This document shows, one piece after another, positions 1 through 8,574 of a stretch of DNA of 64,000 nt. This DNA is from Christensenellaceae bacterium (lineage in GTDB: Bacteria > Bacillota > Clostridia > Christensenellales > Borkfalkiaceae): contig JAZSNM010000025.1 of assembly GCA_045536405.1 (NCBI GenBank), positions 23,664 to 87,663 of the forward strand. The letters are read 5' to 3'. Below the pieces are notes generated by a model. The model made no database searches. It was given only the letters and a program-made list of their open reading frames with translations, and was not told where the DNA came from. The position numbers were made by a program, and so were the translations under genes. How positions within the stretch are numbered: the first letter of the stretch is position 1; each line of letters starts with the position of its first letter.

Positions 1-320
1 ACGTATAAACTTTTACGCATACCTTTAGGCATTTGGTCAACGAAGCAAAAAATACATTTATTTTTACAAGTTTTAATATCAAGTAAATCGCTTTCAAAAT
101 ATAAGCCTAAACTTTCAAACTCATCTTTTTCAACGTTTACTTCAATATCTTCGCCCGAAACGCTTTTTACGTTCATAGTAAAAGAAGTTAAACTATCATA
201 ATACAAATAGTCTAATATATCAACGATTTTATGTCCGTTAAAATGAGTTATTATATCTCCCACTTCAAAGCCCATTTCTTCGCCTATTGAGTTTTTTTCA
301 ACGTCTTTTACCACTAACAT
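1..320 (-). CDS. PDZ/DUF512-type protein, N-terminal part (gene runs off window start)
   Basis: My translation of the minus strand from the ATG at 318-320 gives MLVVKDVEKNSIGEEMGFEVGDIITHFNGHKIVD...TCKNKCIFCFVDQMPKGMRKSLY. A PDZ-like segment followed by a CxNxCxFCFxDQ motif is what I recall for DUF512/TIGR03279 proteins. It is open-ended, so it is absent from the ORF track. Confidence 0.5.
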   Translation of the reverse strand, partial: MLVVKDVEKNSIGEEMGFEVGDIITHFNGHKIVDILDYLYYDSLTSFTMNVKSVSGEDIEVNVEKDEFESLGLYFESDLLDIKTCKNKCIFCFVDQMPKGMRKSLY

Positions 321-409
321 ATTGTTATTATAACTTTTTTCTTTAATTTTGTAAAGAAAAACACGCTACAATTAACGCCTTAGCGTAGTATAGCGTGTTA
401 ATTATTTAA

Positions 410-1531
410 TTATTTATTTGCCGTTCCCTTTTCTTTTAAGTCTTGCAAAATTGGATTAAGAGTTTGAAGAACTCTATTTGCAATAAAGTAATGCCCTATA
501 TCGTTAGGATGTGATTCATCGTTAAAAGCCATTTCTCTTAAGTCACGAGGAATTAAATCTTTACCCTTTATTAAATATATGTTTTTATCGCCGTTTTCAA
601 TAGCGTATTTATAAGTTTCGAAAATAACTTCGTCTCTTTTAGCCCTTTCGCCGTTTTTCCAATAGTTATCTCTAAAATACGAACTTAAAGTTAATAAAAT
701 AATAGGCGTTTCAGGGTGAGTTTCTCTAAAACTCTTATATAAAGGTAAATGTGTTTTTCTTAAAAAATCACTGCTATCAGCGTTGGCATCGTAATCGCAA
801 ATAAACACCGAACAATCAACCGTTTTTAAATATTCTACGTGCTCTGGATTAGCCCTTGCCCCACCAGATAAACTATAATTTATTATATCCGTTTTAGTTT
901 TGTTACAAATAATGCACGCAAAATTAGTATCGGGTCTTGTAGCGCAAGCGCCTTGCGTAATTGAATTGCCGTAAAAAAGTATAGGCTTTAAGTTATTATA
1001 TGGATTAAATTCTTTAACCGTTGCATTTTCATCAAGAAAAATTGACATTTCATTTACGCCACTATAAGTAGGCAAATATAAAATGTAGTTACGCATACCG
1101 CCTCTTAATTGAGATTGAGAAGCAAACGAATCGTCCATAAACACACCACCGTCTTTATATTGTGGCGGATTAAAATTAGCAGCGTGTACTTCTTCTCCAC
1201 TATCAGTTAATTCAACTAAACGAAAACCGTTATTTGCAAGTAAATTAGATTTTGCAACTCTAATAAAATCGTATAACGTTGCTGAAATTGCCATTTTGGT
1301 AGCATCTGTTGAGAAAGTAATTCTTACGCCCGTAGTCATTTTACTACCCCAATATGGTCCTAACGGAAGCGATTTAACGTAATCTAACGGCATTTTATGA
1401 AAGCCCTCGCCCTCGTAAAAAGTCGAACCGAAAATAGTAAAAGGCTCGCAAGGTATTTTATATTCTTTTAAGTCGCTATCTATATTCCAATTTTGAGTAT
1501 AGTTTTTATCAATTTTTTCAAGTACTGACAT
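410..1531 (-). CDS. SGNH/GDSL-family hydrolase with N-terminal beta-sandwich-like domain
   Basis: 373-aa ORF. Block I is FYGNSITQG (catalytic Ser) and the C-terminal DESHPND supplies the Asp-x-x-His pair typical of SGNH esterases. Confidence 0.8.
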   Translation of the reverse strand: MSVLEKIDKNYTQNWNIDSDLKEYKIPCEPFTIFGSTFYEGEGFHKMPLDYVKSLPLGPYWGSKMTTGVRITFSTDATKMAISATLYDFIRVAKSNLLANNGFRLVELTDSGEEVHAANFNPPQYKDGGVFMDDSFASQSQLRGGMRNYILYLPTYSGVNEMSIFLDENATVKEFNPYNNLKPILFYGNSITQGACATRPDTNFACIICNKTKTDIINYSLSGGARANPEHVEYLKTVDCSVFICDYDANADSSDFLRKTHLPLYKSFRETHPETPIILLTLSSYFRDNYWKNGERAKRDEVIFETYKYAIENGDKNIYLIKGKDLIPRDLREMAFNDESHPNDIGHYFIANRVLQTLNPILQDLKEKGTANK

Positions 1532-1533
1532 AA

Positions 1534-2667
1534 TTAACGTTTACCCCCTTCGAATATTTTATCTAAAACTTCTTTTACGGCAAAACCCATAAATAAAAAG
1601 CCTAATGAGTTAGGGTGACTTTCGCCAGCCAAACAAAACTCTCTTGCGTCAAGAGGGAACATACTTCTGCCATCAATAAAATATACGTTGTTATCGCCTT
1701 GACTTTTAGCATACTCAATAGTATCAAGTATAATTTGCGTTCTCTCGTTCCCTTCTTTACACTCAACTTCATATTCTCTAAAAGCAGTTGGACGGGACAT
1801 AAAAATTATAGGTGTATTTGGTTGCACTTCTCTAAATCTTTTATATAAAGGTAAATGCGTTGCCCTTAAATATTCCGCCGTTGGTGCGTTATGGTCATAA
1901 TCACAAACAAAAACTGAACAATCTTCACTTGCTAAATAATCAACGACACCTGGCTCTGCTTTAGCACTTCCCGACATTGCAAACGTTTTATAGTCTATTC
2001 TATTTAATTTACAAACAACTGCTTGATAAGCATTGTCCGCCCTATTTGCCGAACCGCCTTGCGTAATAGACGAACCATAGTAAAGCACGGGTTTAATATC
2101 TTTATATGGATTATAAGGTTTTACCATTCTATCTTCGTCAATGTAAACGGTTAATTCATCAACGCAACTATACGTAGGGAAATATAAAACGTAATTTCTA
2201 ACGTCATTACCTTTTAAGTAACACGAAACTTCATAAGTTGGTTCAAATAAAGGCTCGGTAATACAATCGCCAAACAAGTGAGACGCTAAAACTTCTTCTC
2301 CCGTACTTAAAACTTCAACTAACGTAAAATAAGAAGTTGCTAAAATAGACATTTCAGGCGTACGACAAAATGCGTGCATTTTAACCTTTAATTTAAGCCT
2401 TGTTGAGTCGGTTGAAAACGCCAATCTAACACCTGAAGTACACATATTACCCCAATGAATACTTGCTTTTTTTCTATCTGGCTCATCCATTTTGTCAATA
2501 TCATTTTTACGCATTTTATAAAATCCATAGCCTTTTTCGTATTTAGCCCCGAATAAAGAAAAATTAGAATTTGGAATTTTATATTCTTTGAAATTGTTAT
2601 TTGATACGCTATACGTAGCAAAATTCTTATCAAGATCTTCAATTTTTACTTTCTTGCTTGACATCAT
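1534..2667 (-). CDS. SGNH/GDSL-family hydrolase (paralog of 410..1531)
   Basis: 377-aa ORF with YYGSSITQGG and GESHPNS motifs. It has the same two-domain layout as the downstream gene and sits 2 nt from it. Confidence 0.8.
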   Translation of the reverse strand: MMSSKKVKIEDLDKNFATYSVSNNNFKEYKIPNSNFSLFGAKYEKGYGFYKMRKNDIDKMDEPDRKKASIHWGNMCTSGVRLAFSTDSTRLKLKVKMHAFCRTPEMSILATSYFTLVEVLSTGEEVLASHLFGDCITEPLFEPTYEVSCYLKGNDVRNYVLYFPTYSCVDELTVYIDEDRMVKPYNPYKDIKPVLYYGSSITQGGSANRADNAYQAVVCKLNRIDYKTFAMSGSAKAEPGVVDYLASEDCSVFVCDYDHNAPTAEYLRATHLPLYKRFREVQPNTPIIFMSRPTAFREYEVECKEGNERTQIILDTIEYAKSQGDNNVYFIDGRSMFPLDAREFCLAGESHPNSLGFLFMGFAVKEVLDKIFEGGKR

Positions 2668-3280
2668 TTACTCCCTTTTTTTGTTTATTTTTAGTTGGTT
2701 TTTTAATAAAGCCAACGAAACAACTAACTATTCCTATAATAAATATAAGTATTACTAACGACCATAAAATAAATTCATCTTTTAAAAAACGACCTACCAT
2801 TAAAGCAACGCCAAAACTTATAAAAAATATAGCAACTATTAAGCCCCATACGGAATATTTAGAAGCGTCGCCTCTCTCGTAATAATAGGCTCTAAAAACT
2901 TCGATACTACCTCTTAACCAAAATACAAAACCTATTATTGAGCCTGCATTGCTTATTTTTATTAAATTAAATTGAGCAAGTATACAACCAATTAACACTA
3001 ATATTAAAGTTGTAAACTCTAAAACTATTAACGCTTTTATAACCTTTTTATTAGGGCTAACTAATTTTTTAAATAAATAAAACGCCAAATATAGCCCAAG
3101 AAGTAACGCTATTACCGTTTTAATTATATTTCCACCCCAAGAAGCAAAAAAAACGTCCACTTTATTTTTTGCCCAAATAGGCATAAGCATTACCCCAAAC
3201 GCAATGGCAAGTATGCCAAAAATTACGTATAAGAAAAATAATTTACTCTTTTTAGTATTTAAAATTTTAGATAATTTCAT
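2639..3280 (-). CDS. Polytopic membrane protein, unknown function
   Basis: 213-aa ORF with about 6 hydrophobic segments and a Lys-rich C-terminal tail. It overlaps the next gene by 29 nt. Confidence 0.55.
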   Translation of the reverse strand: MKLSKILNTKKSKLFFLYVIFGILAIAFGVMLMPIWAKNKVDVFFASWGGNIIKTVIALLLGLYLAFYLFKKLVSPNKKVIKALIVLEFTTLILVLIGCILAQFNLIKISNAGSIIGFVFWLRGSIEVFRAYYYERGDASKYSVWGLIVAIFFISFGVALMVGRFLKDEFILWSLVILIFIIGIVSCFVGFIKKPTKNKQKKGVNDVKQESKN

Positions 3281-3455
3281 AATTACTCCTTATTGAAATT
3301 TCAAACAAATTTATTATACAACACACTCTTAAATAAAGTCAATATTAATTATTCATTTTTTGCACAAATTATTTGCGTTTTTTGAGTTTTTAATATTATC
3401 TAATATTAAGTCTTAATTGAAAATTAAATTTATATAAAATAGATATTATCGCATT

Positions 3456-3494
3456 AAAAAGCGCATAACTTTAAGCCTAAAGTTATGCGCTTTT
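3456..3494 (-). terminator. Intrinsic terminator (bidirectional hairpin) after the protease gene
   Basis: Stem GCGCATAACTT (3461-3471) pairs with AAGTTATGCGC (3480-3490). It is flanked by an A-run and a T-run. Confidence 0.6.
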
Positions 3495-3503
3495 CGTTTA
3501 TTT

Positions 3504-4925
3504 TTACACTATTTTAACTATGTCACTTTCAAGTACTTTATACGTTGAAGTTGTGATAGACGAGTTTGCTCTAACGCAAGTAATAGAAATATCGTCGTTA
3601 CTACGTATGCCGTGTATAACGTTTAAAATTTCGTAATCTCTATTAATTTTATAAGGTGTTCCGTTAACGTTTATATGAGTTATTATATCGTTTTCAGTTA
3701 GTCCTATCGTTTTTGCTATACTTCCATCAATTACTGAAACAATTTTTATCGTTTCTACAATTTCGCCCTTTCCCGTTGCTTTGTCGTATTCATACTTAGA
3801 GTCTACTATATTCGTAGTTACGCCTAAAGTTAATTTGTTTAAATAGTAATTATTATAATGAAGTATGTTCTTTACAACACTTTCTACCGTTTTAAGTGGA
3901 ACTGCATAGTTTACGTTTTGGTCAGTAGTATCGCCCGCGTTAGTAATTCCTATAAGTTCTCCGTTTACGTTGAATAATCCGCCACCAGAATTACCGCTAT
4001 ATAAAGGCGTATCCATTCTAAGCAAGTTATACACTCTTTGATTGCTATCTATTGCTAATATTACCTTTTCACTATCTACGCTTACTATTCCTTTCGTTAC
4101 ACTAATACCTTCGTCTTCGGGATTTCCTATTGCTATAGCCGTTTCGCCAACACTATAACTTTCAGCAAAGGTAATAGCCGTTACGTTTTCATTTACCGCT
4201 TTAACGTTTTCGGTAGGAACTTTTAACACCGCTATATCGTTTTCGATAGAACCGCCAACGTATTCGCAAGCAAGTGCGTTTTCGCCGTAATCGTATATAG
4301 CGTAACCTAAACTATCGTACTGTTCAGTCGATAAAGGATTGCCCTCACTACCATACAAATAACAAGTTATTTTCCTAGCAATTTTGCTTTCCGTGTTTTG
4401 CGACTTATTAAAAACTACGTGATAATTAGTTATTAAATAAGTGTAATTAGTATCAATCTTGTAAATTACCGCCGACCCTGCGCCTAATGAAATTGATTTT
4501 TTACTCGTTAACGCATTTGTTACGGTAAACTCACTATAAACTTTTAATGAAGAAGATAGTAACCTATTTATCGTTGCAGTATTTACGTCTGTATTTATAG
4601 TTAAGTAAGCATTTAAAAAATCTTCATAAGTTGCAGTTGGATTAGTTTCTAAATATTTTTCAAAAATATCTTGAATAGTTATATCTTCAGCATTTTGACC
4701 GTCACTACCGTTTATACCGTCTTTACCGTTAGTAATAGTAAAAGTTGAAGTCCTTCCGTCAGTATAAGTTACGGTATAAGTGTCAACTAATCCTTCGGTA
4801 GAAGTTTTTTCTATGCTTAATATATTTGAAGGCTCGACGTACTGCACCGAACAACCAACGAAAATTGATATTGATAATATTAAAACTATAAGTAACGTAA
4901 ATAATCTATTTAATCTTATTTTCAT
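3504..4925 (-). CDS. Trypsin-like (S1/HtrA-type) serine protease lipoprotein
   Basis: 473 aa. Signal peptide with lipobox ...SIFVGC. His context is TNYHVV and the catalytic Ser context is GNSGGGLF. The C-terminal region is PDZ-like. Confidence 0.8.
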   Translation of the reverse strand: MKIRLNRLFTLLIVLILSISIFVGCSVQYVEPSNILSIEKTSTEGLVDTYTVTYTDGRTSTFTITNGKDGINGSDGQNAEDITIQDIFEKYLETNPTATYEDFLNAYLTINTDVNTATINRLLSSSLKVYSEFTVTNALTSKKSISLGAGSAVIYKIDTNYTYLITNYHVVFNKSQNTESKIARKITCYLYGSEGNPLSTEQYDSLGYAIYDYGENALACEYVGGSIENDIAVLKVPTENVKAVNENVTAITFAESYSVGETAIAIGNPEDEGISVTKGIVSVDSEKVILAIDSNQRVYNLLRMDTPLYSGNSGGGLFNVNGELIGITNAGDTTDQNVNYAVPLKTVESVVKNILHYNNYYLNKLTLGVTTNIVDSKYEYDKATGKGEIVETIKIVSVIDGSIAKTIGLTENDIITHINVNGTPYKINRDYEILNVIHGIRSNDDISITCVRANSSITTSTYKVLESDIVKIV

Positions 4926-5329
4926 ATTAGCCCCCTTAAATTAGTTATATCTTTACGTATATAAATAAACCATAGCCACGTTTTATTGCAAAATTAAAAA
5001 AATTTTTAAAAAATAAAAAAACGTAGGCACGTTATATTTATAAGTATGTGCAAGAGTTATAATTTTTAACGCTTTTAATATTTAATAAACACCCTTTATT
5101 ATTATGCGTTCTAGTCATAATATTTTAACACCAAAAATTATAATTGTCAAATATTTACAATTTTAGACAAGCAACGTTTAATTTATTTTAAAATTTAAAA
5201 TACAAAAAACAGAAATTAAAACACAAACGATTAAATAAAAAGTTTTTTAAAATATTTTTATAAAACCCCTTAAATTTGATTGATATTTTATAAAGTATGT
5301 GCTAAAATAACTATGCTAAAATTTCAAAC

Positions 5330-5416
5330 GCGGACATGGCGGAATTGGCAGACGCATAAGACTAAGGATCTTATGAGGGTTACTTCGTGCAGGTTCAAGT
5401 CCTGTTGTCCGCACCA
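5330..5416 (+). tRNA. tRNA-Leu, anticodon read as AAG, class II (long variable arm), CCA encoded
   Basis: Hand fold: acceptor GCGGACA/TGTCCGC, 3-bp D stem GCG/CGC, anticodon stem TAAGA/TCTTA with loop CTAAGGA, long variable arm, T stem GCAGG/CCTGT with loop TTCAAGT, then ACCA. Confidence 0.9.
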
Positions 5417-5419
5417 AAA
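5392..5419 (+). repeat. attL core (3' part of tRNA-Leu)
   Basis: GGTTCAAGTCCTGTTGTCCGCACCAAAA is identical to 18949-18976. Confidence 0.9.
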
Positions 5420-5420
5420 T

Positions 5421-5463
5421 AGGTCGTTTTACACTAAAAAGGTGTTAAAAACGACCTTTTTTT
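5421..5463 (+). terminator. Intrinsic terminator directly after tRNA-Leu (supplied by the integrated element)
   Basis: AGGTCGTTTT (5421-5430) pairs with AAAACGACCT (5447-5456). A T-run follows at 5457-5463. Confidence 0.65.
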
Positions 5464-5523
5464 GTGCTTTTTTAACACAATTTATGCGTTTTTTAATGCA
5501 ATTTTAATGCTTTTAGCTAATTA

Positions 5524-5545
5524 TTGGGGAAAAACTTGGGGAAAA
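5524..5545 (+). repeat. Two tandem TGGGGAAAA motifs (candidate integrase arm-type sites, int-proximal)
   Basis: The sequence is TTGGGGAAAAACTTGGGGAAAA. The same motif pair is present in the same orientation at 18883-18905. Confidence 0.5.
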
Positions 5546-5551
5546 GATTTC

Positions 5552-6781
5552 TCAATAATTCAGTTTTAATGCTAATTTTTGCTGATATTCCATTGAAAAA
5601 TGCGTGTAAACTAATGACGTTGTATTGCCTGCAAACGTGTGGCCAGTCCATAAACACACAATTTCATTTTCAATACCACACTCACGGCACCGTGTAGTAA
5701 AAGTATGACGTAGTTCGTGAGTATGGTGCGTTGGAAGAATTGTTTTTAATTTTTTGCCACTTTTCGTTACGCACTTTAAAAAAGGAAATTCGTTTTCCGG
5801 ATTTAAAGATTTTAACAATTCTTTTAGTTTAGGAAATATCGGCACTATTCTATCGGCGCCGTTTACTGTATCTTTAACTTTTGTAGTTCTAATTTTAACA
5901 GTGTTTTGTTCCCAGTTAATATCAGATAGCCTAAACTTAGCGCACTCAGACATTCTTGCTCCGCTATACAGCATAAAAAGAATCGCTTGTTCGTAGTGGT
6001 CATCTTTAATTTTTTCGACTAATAATTGCTCTTCCTTTATAGTTAAGGCTGAGCCTTTTTTTCTATAATGCTTTGGAATAGAAACGCCTTGCATTATATC
6101 TGATTTTACAATTCCTAAACTTAAGGCAATTTTAAACATACCGTTTAAATAACACTTAACTTCTTCAGCAGTTCTGCCTTTCCCCTGGCTTAATAAATTC
6201 GTTAAAAGTTCCTGAATTACTAACGGTGTTACGTCTAAAATTTGCAAACTTCCTATTTTTTGAATAACGTTCACTTTCACAACGTTTTTTAAATTCCTAT
6301 AGGAATTTTCTTTTAGTTCAAATTTACGGTATTTTTCTAAATACAGTTCACACGTTTCGGCAACCGTTTTACCTTTTTTTACAATTTTACCTTTTTTGTA
6401 TAAAGAGTTAATCTCTTTAAGAAAAATGCGAAACTTTGATTGAGCAATCTCAAGCGTTGTTCCGCAAAAACTTTTGTCATAGCCAAATTTACGAAATCTA
6501 ATTTCGATACTACCATTTGGCTTAATTCTTTTTTTACCATCTTTAAGTGAAAACATTTCATAATCTCCTTTTGTTGTTGGAAATTTTAATTTGTCTTCTC
6601 CCGTATTTCCAGTATTGCCTGCTGCATCATAAGATGCAGAAGGGGTTTCATTGCTTGAAAATGGTTGTTCTTTCGATAGTTCACCGTAAAGTGCGCCACT
6701 AAAACAAGCAAAGGCTTTAAGAGTTTCCCTAAGGGCTAACTCTATTTTGTTTAATGATTCCATAAAAAATTTCTTTTGCAT
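5552..6781 (-). CDS. int: Tyrosine-type site-specific integrase
   Basis: The C-terminal catalytic region contains ...SGARMSE..., HTHELRHTFTTR and ...LVYTHF (R..HxxR..Y pattern). The start is set at the ATG at 6779-6781 (MQKKFF), which is preceded by GGAGGTG. The ORF track extends it to 6802. Confidence 0.85.
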   Translation of the reverse strand: MQKKFFMESLNKIELALRETLKAFACFSGALYGELSKEQPFSSNETPSASYDAAGNTGNTGEDKLKFPTTKGDYEMFSLKDGKKRIKPNGSIEIRFRKFGYDKSFCGTTLEIAQSKFRIFLKEINSLYKKGKIVKKGKTVAETCELYLEKYRKFELKENSYRNLKNVVKVNVIQKIGSLQILDVTPLVIQELLTNLLSQGKGRTAEEVKCYLNGMFKIALSLGIVKSDIMQGVSIPKHYRKKGSALTIKEEQLLVEKIKDDHYEQAILFMLYSGARMSECAKFRLSDINWEQNTVKIRTTKVKDTVNGADRIVPIFPKLKELLKSLNPENEFPFLKCVTKSGKKLKTILPTHHTHELRHTFTTRCRECGIENEIVCLWTGHTFAGNTTSLVYTHFSMEYQQKLALKLNY

Positions 6782-6881
6782 AATTGCACCTCCAACGTGC
6801 AATTATACTAAAAATTATTACTTATAACTTAATAGTGTTTTTACTAAAATTCGTGTGAGAATTTTAGTACGTAAAACATTA

Positions 6882-7124
6882 TTATTTGTTGATTTTATTT
6901 CGTTGCATATTCAATCTTTGTTTTTCAACTTCTAATCTTTCTCTTTCGATTTTAACCATCTTTTTTAATGAGTTTTTAATTGACCAAACAAAAAATGGTA
7001 ATAAGATAATGGCTAAAGTTCTTAAAATGTCAATTAAAGCAACTCCACCAGCAGCGGCAAAAATGCCGGCTAACGCACCATCAATAGATTCACTATTTTC
7101 AGCAAGTAAGTTAAATAAATTCAT
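6882..7124 (-). CDS. Small two-TM membrane protein with charged coiled C-terminus
   Basis: 80-aa ORF co-oriented with int and the repressor. It has two hydrophobic segments followed by ERERLEVEKQRL. Function is unknown. Confidence 0.45.
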   Translation of the reverse strand: MNLFNLLAENSESIDGALAGIFAAAGGVALIDILRTLAIILLPFFVWSIKNSLKKMVKIERERLEVEKQRLNMQRNKINK

Positions 7125-7181
7125 AATACACCTCTTTAATAATTTTTATTTTTTAAATATCTTGAAATACGATATTTTTAA

Positions 7182-7514
7182 TCAATGAGCGAGAGCATAA
7201 ATAAAAGTTTGGGCTTTAATTTTATTTATTTCGTCAAGTAAACGGTATTCACTTAAAAGTTTTGCTTCATCTTCTTTAAGTTGAAGTTCGGCGCCACTTT
7301 TAACAATGCCAAAGTCATCTTCACGACCTAACAAGTAGTCTATTGTGCAGTCTAATATTTCGGCGAGTTTATACAAATTAGTTAAGTCTGGTTCGTTTTG
7401 GCCATTAAGCCAACGGCTAATTGTTTGTTGTGTTGTACTCATTTTGCTTGCTATATATTGTTGAGTTAAACCTTTTTCTATCATTAAATTTCTAAAATTA
7501 ATTGCAAATTTCAT
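7182..7514 (-). CDS. XRE/CI-like HTH repressor
   Basis: The N-terminal HTH reads GLTQQYIASKMSTTQQTISRWLNG. It is divergent from the rightward gene block. Confidence 0.8.
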   Translation of the reverse strand: MKFAINFRNLMIEKGLTQQYIASKMSTTQQTISRWLNGQNEPDLTNLYKLAEILDCTIDYLLGREDDFGIVKSGAELQLKEDEAKLLSEYRLLDEINKIKAQTFIYALAH

Positions 7515-7539
7515 ATTTTTTCTCCTTTTTACAAAATTT

Positions 7540-7617
7540 TACACGAAAATTGTGTATTTTTTATTGACAACACGTTTAACGTGTGTTATTTTTAATATAC
7601 AGCACACATAAAGTGTG
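7540..7617. promoter_or_regulatory. Divergent promoter region with three ACAC..GTGT inverted repeats (candidate operators)
   Basis: The three inverted repeats are TACACgaaaattGTGTA (7540-7556), ACACGtttaaCGTGT (7570-7584) and CACACataaaGTGTG (7603-7617). A TTGACA lies at 7565-7570. Confidence 0.55.
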
Positions 7618-7727
7618 TATTTCCCTGTAATTGCAATTATCAACTAAATTTACTTAAAGAATCGGACCAAAGGCAATAAAAACAGGGTAATGCTTTTGGT
7701 CCGTATTCATTTAAGGGGAACAATAAA

Positions 7728-8027
7728 ATGGAAGATAAAGAAAAGCAAATTGAAGAAAAACTTATGGAATTGCGACTTGATAAGCAAGAACTTATGAACG
7801 AAATAAGCGAGAAAAACAATAAGATTGCATTACTTGAAGAAACGATTGAGTGCATAAAGTTTAATGTTGATTTTACACGCAAGGAAACGGCAAATAAGTT
7901 TTATGATAAAGTAATGAGTTTTATTGGTTCAAATCAAAAGTTTTGGATAGTTGATGATGAACCTATAACTGTTATTGTCGTTGATAAATTATTTGATTTT
8001 ATGATAAAAACAAAAAAACAATTTTAA
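7728..8027 (+). CDS. Hypothetical coiled-coil protein (first rightward gene)
   Basis: 99-aa ORF with RBS AAGGGGA upstream. It is chosen over the antisense ORF 7640..7882, which has a low-complexity composition. Confidence 0.5.
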   Translation: MEDKEKQIEEKLMELRLDKQELMNEISEKNNKIALLEETIECIKFNVDFTRKETANKFYDKVMSFIGSNQKFWIVDDEPITVIVVDKLFDFMIKTKKQF

Positions 8028-8081
8028 TAAGTATTTATTTTCCAGTCGGCTGGAAAAATTACAATAAAAGAGAGGTTAAAA

Positions 8082-8279
8082 ATGTTAACTGAAAAAGAAA
8101 TTTTAATTGATTTAGAAAATACGTTAGAGAACTATAAAAAAACTTTAAAAGGAAATAACTACTATGAAACGTTATCAACTTTATTAAACTTTTCAGATGG
8201 TTATCTTTCTAACGAAAGTTTTAGCAATACGGTTAATAAAATTATGGCGATTGCTAGAAAATGGCATAAAGAGAATTAA
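8082..8279 (+). CDS. Hypothetical small protein
   Basis: 65-aa ORF with RBS AGAGAGG upstream. Confidence 0.45.
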   Translation: MLTEKEILIDLENTLENYKKTLKGNNYYETLSTLLNFSDGYLSNESFSNTVNKIMAIARKWHKEN

Positions 8280-8289
8280 ATATTTACGC

Positions 8290-8570
8290 TTTGGTATTGA
8301 ACGTTAACATAAATACAAGCGTTTAATAAACAACAAGTGCACTTGTTGGTCGGTGGGTAGAAGAGCCATAGTGGTAACGTTCACTTAAAAGGGGTTTGAC
8401 TGTCGGGAAAAGGCACCGAAACGTTACGTTAAAAGCAATAGCAGGGAACGTTGGCAACCAGGAAATAGGCTGGCGATAGGAAGGAAAGTTAACAATCGGT
8501 GTAGAGATTGCCTTCCTTAGACTGATTAAAACAGCATTGTGCTGATTTAAAATAAAAACACGAGGAAGAA
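8290..8570 (+). other. ORF-free GC-enriched structured block (candidate ncRNA or replication/packaging origin)
   Basis: No ORF lies here. Line 8401-8460 counts 29/60 G+C against AT-rich flanks. Local stems include AGGAAGG/CCTTCCT and CAGCA/TGCTG. Confidence 0.35.
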
Positions 8571-8574
8571 AAAA

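Noticed and set aside
5280-5507. 75-aa plus-strand ORF spanning the tRNA-Leu gene
   Set aside because: It is fully explained by the tRNA and its terminator. It has no RBS and a biased composition.
6886-7188. 100-aa plus-strand ORF opposite the small membrane protein
   Set aside because: It is the antisense shadow of 6882..7124. The minus-strand ORF is co-oriented with int and the repressor and has two clean TM segments. The plus-strand product has a low-complexity composition (Phe/Leu/Ile-rich) with no RBS.
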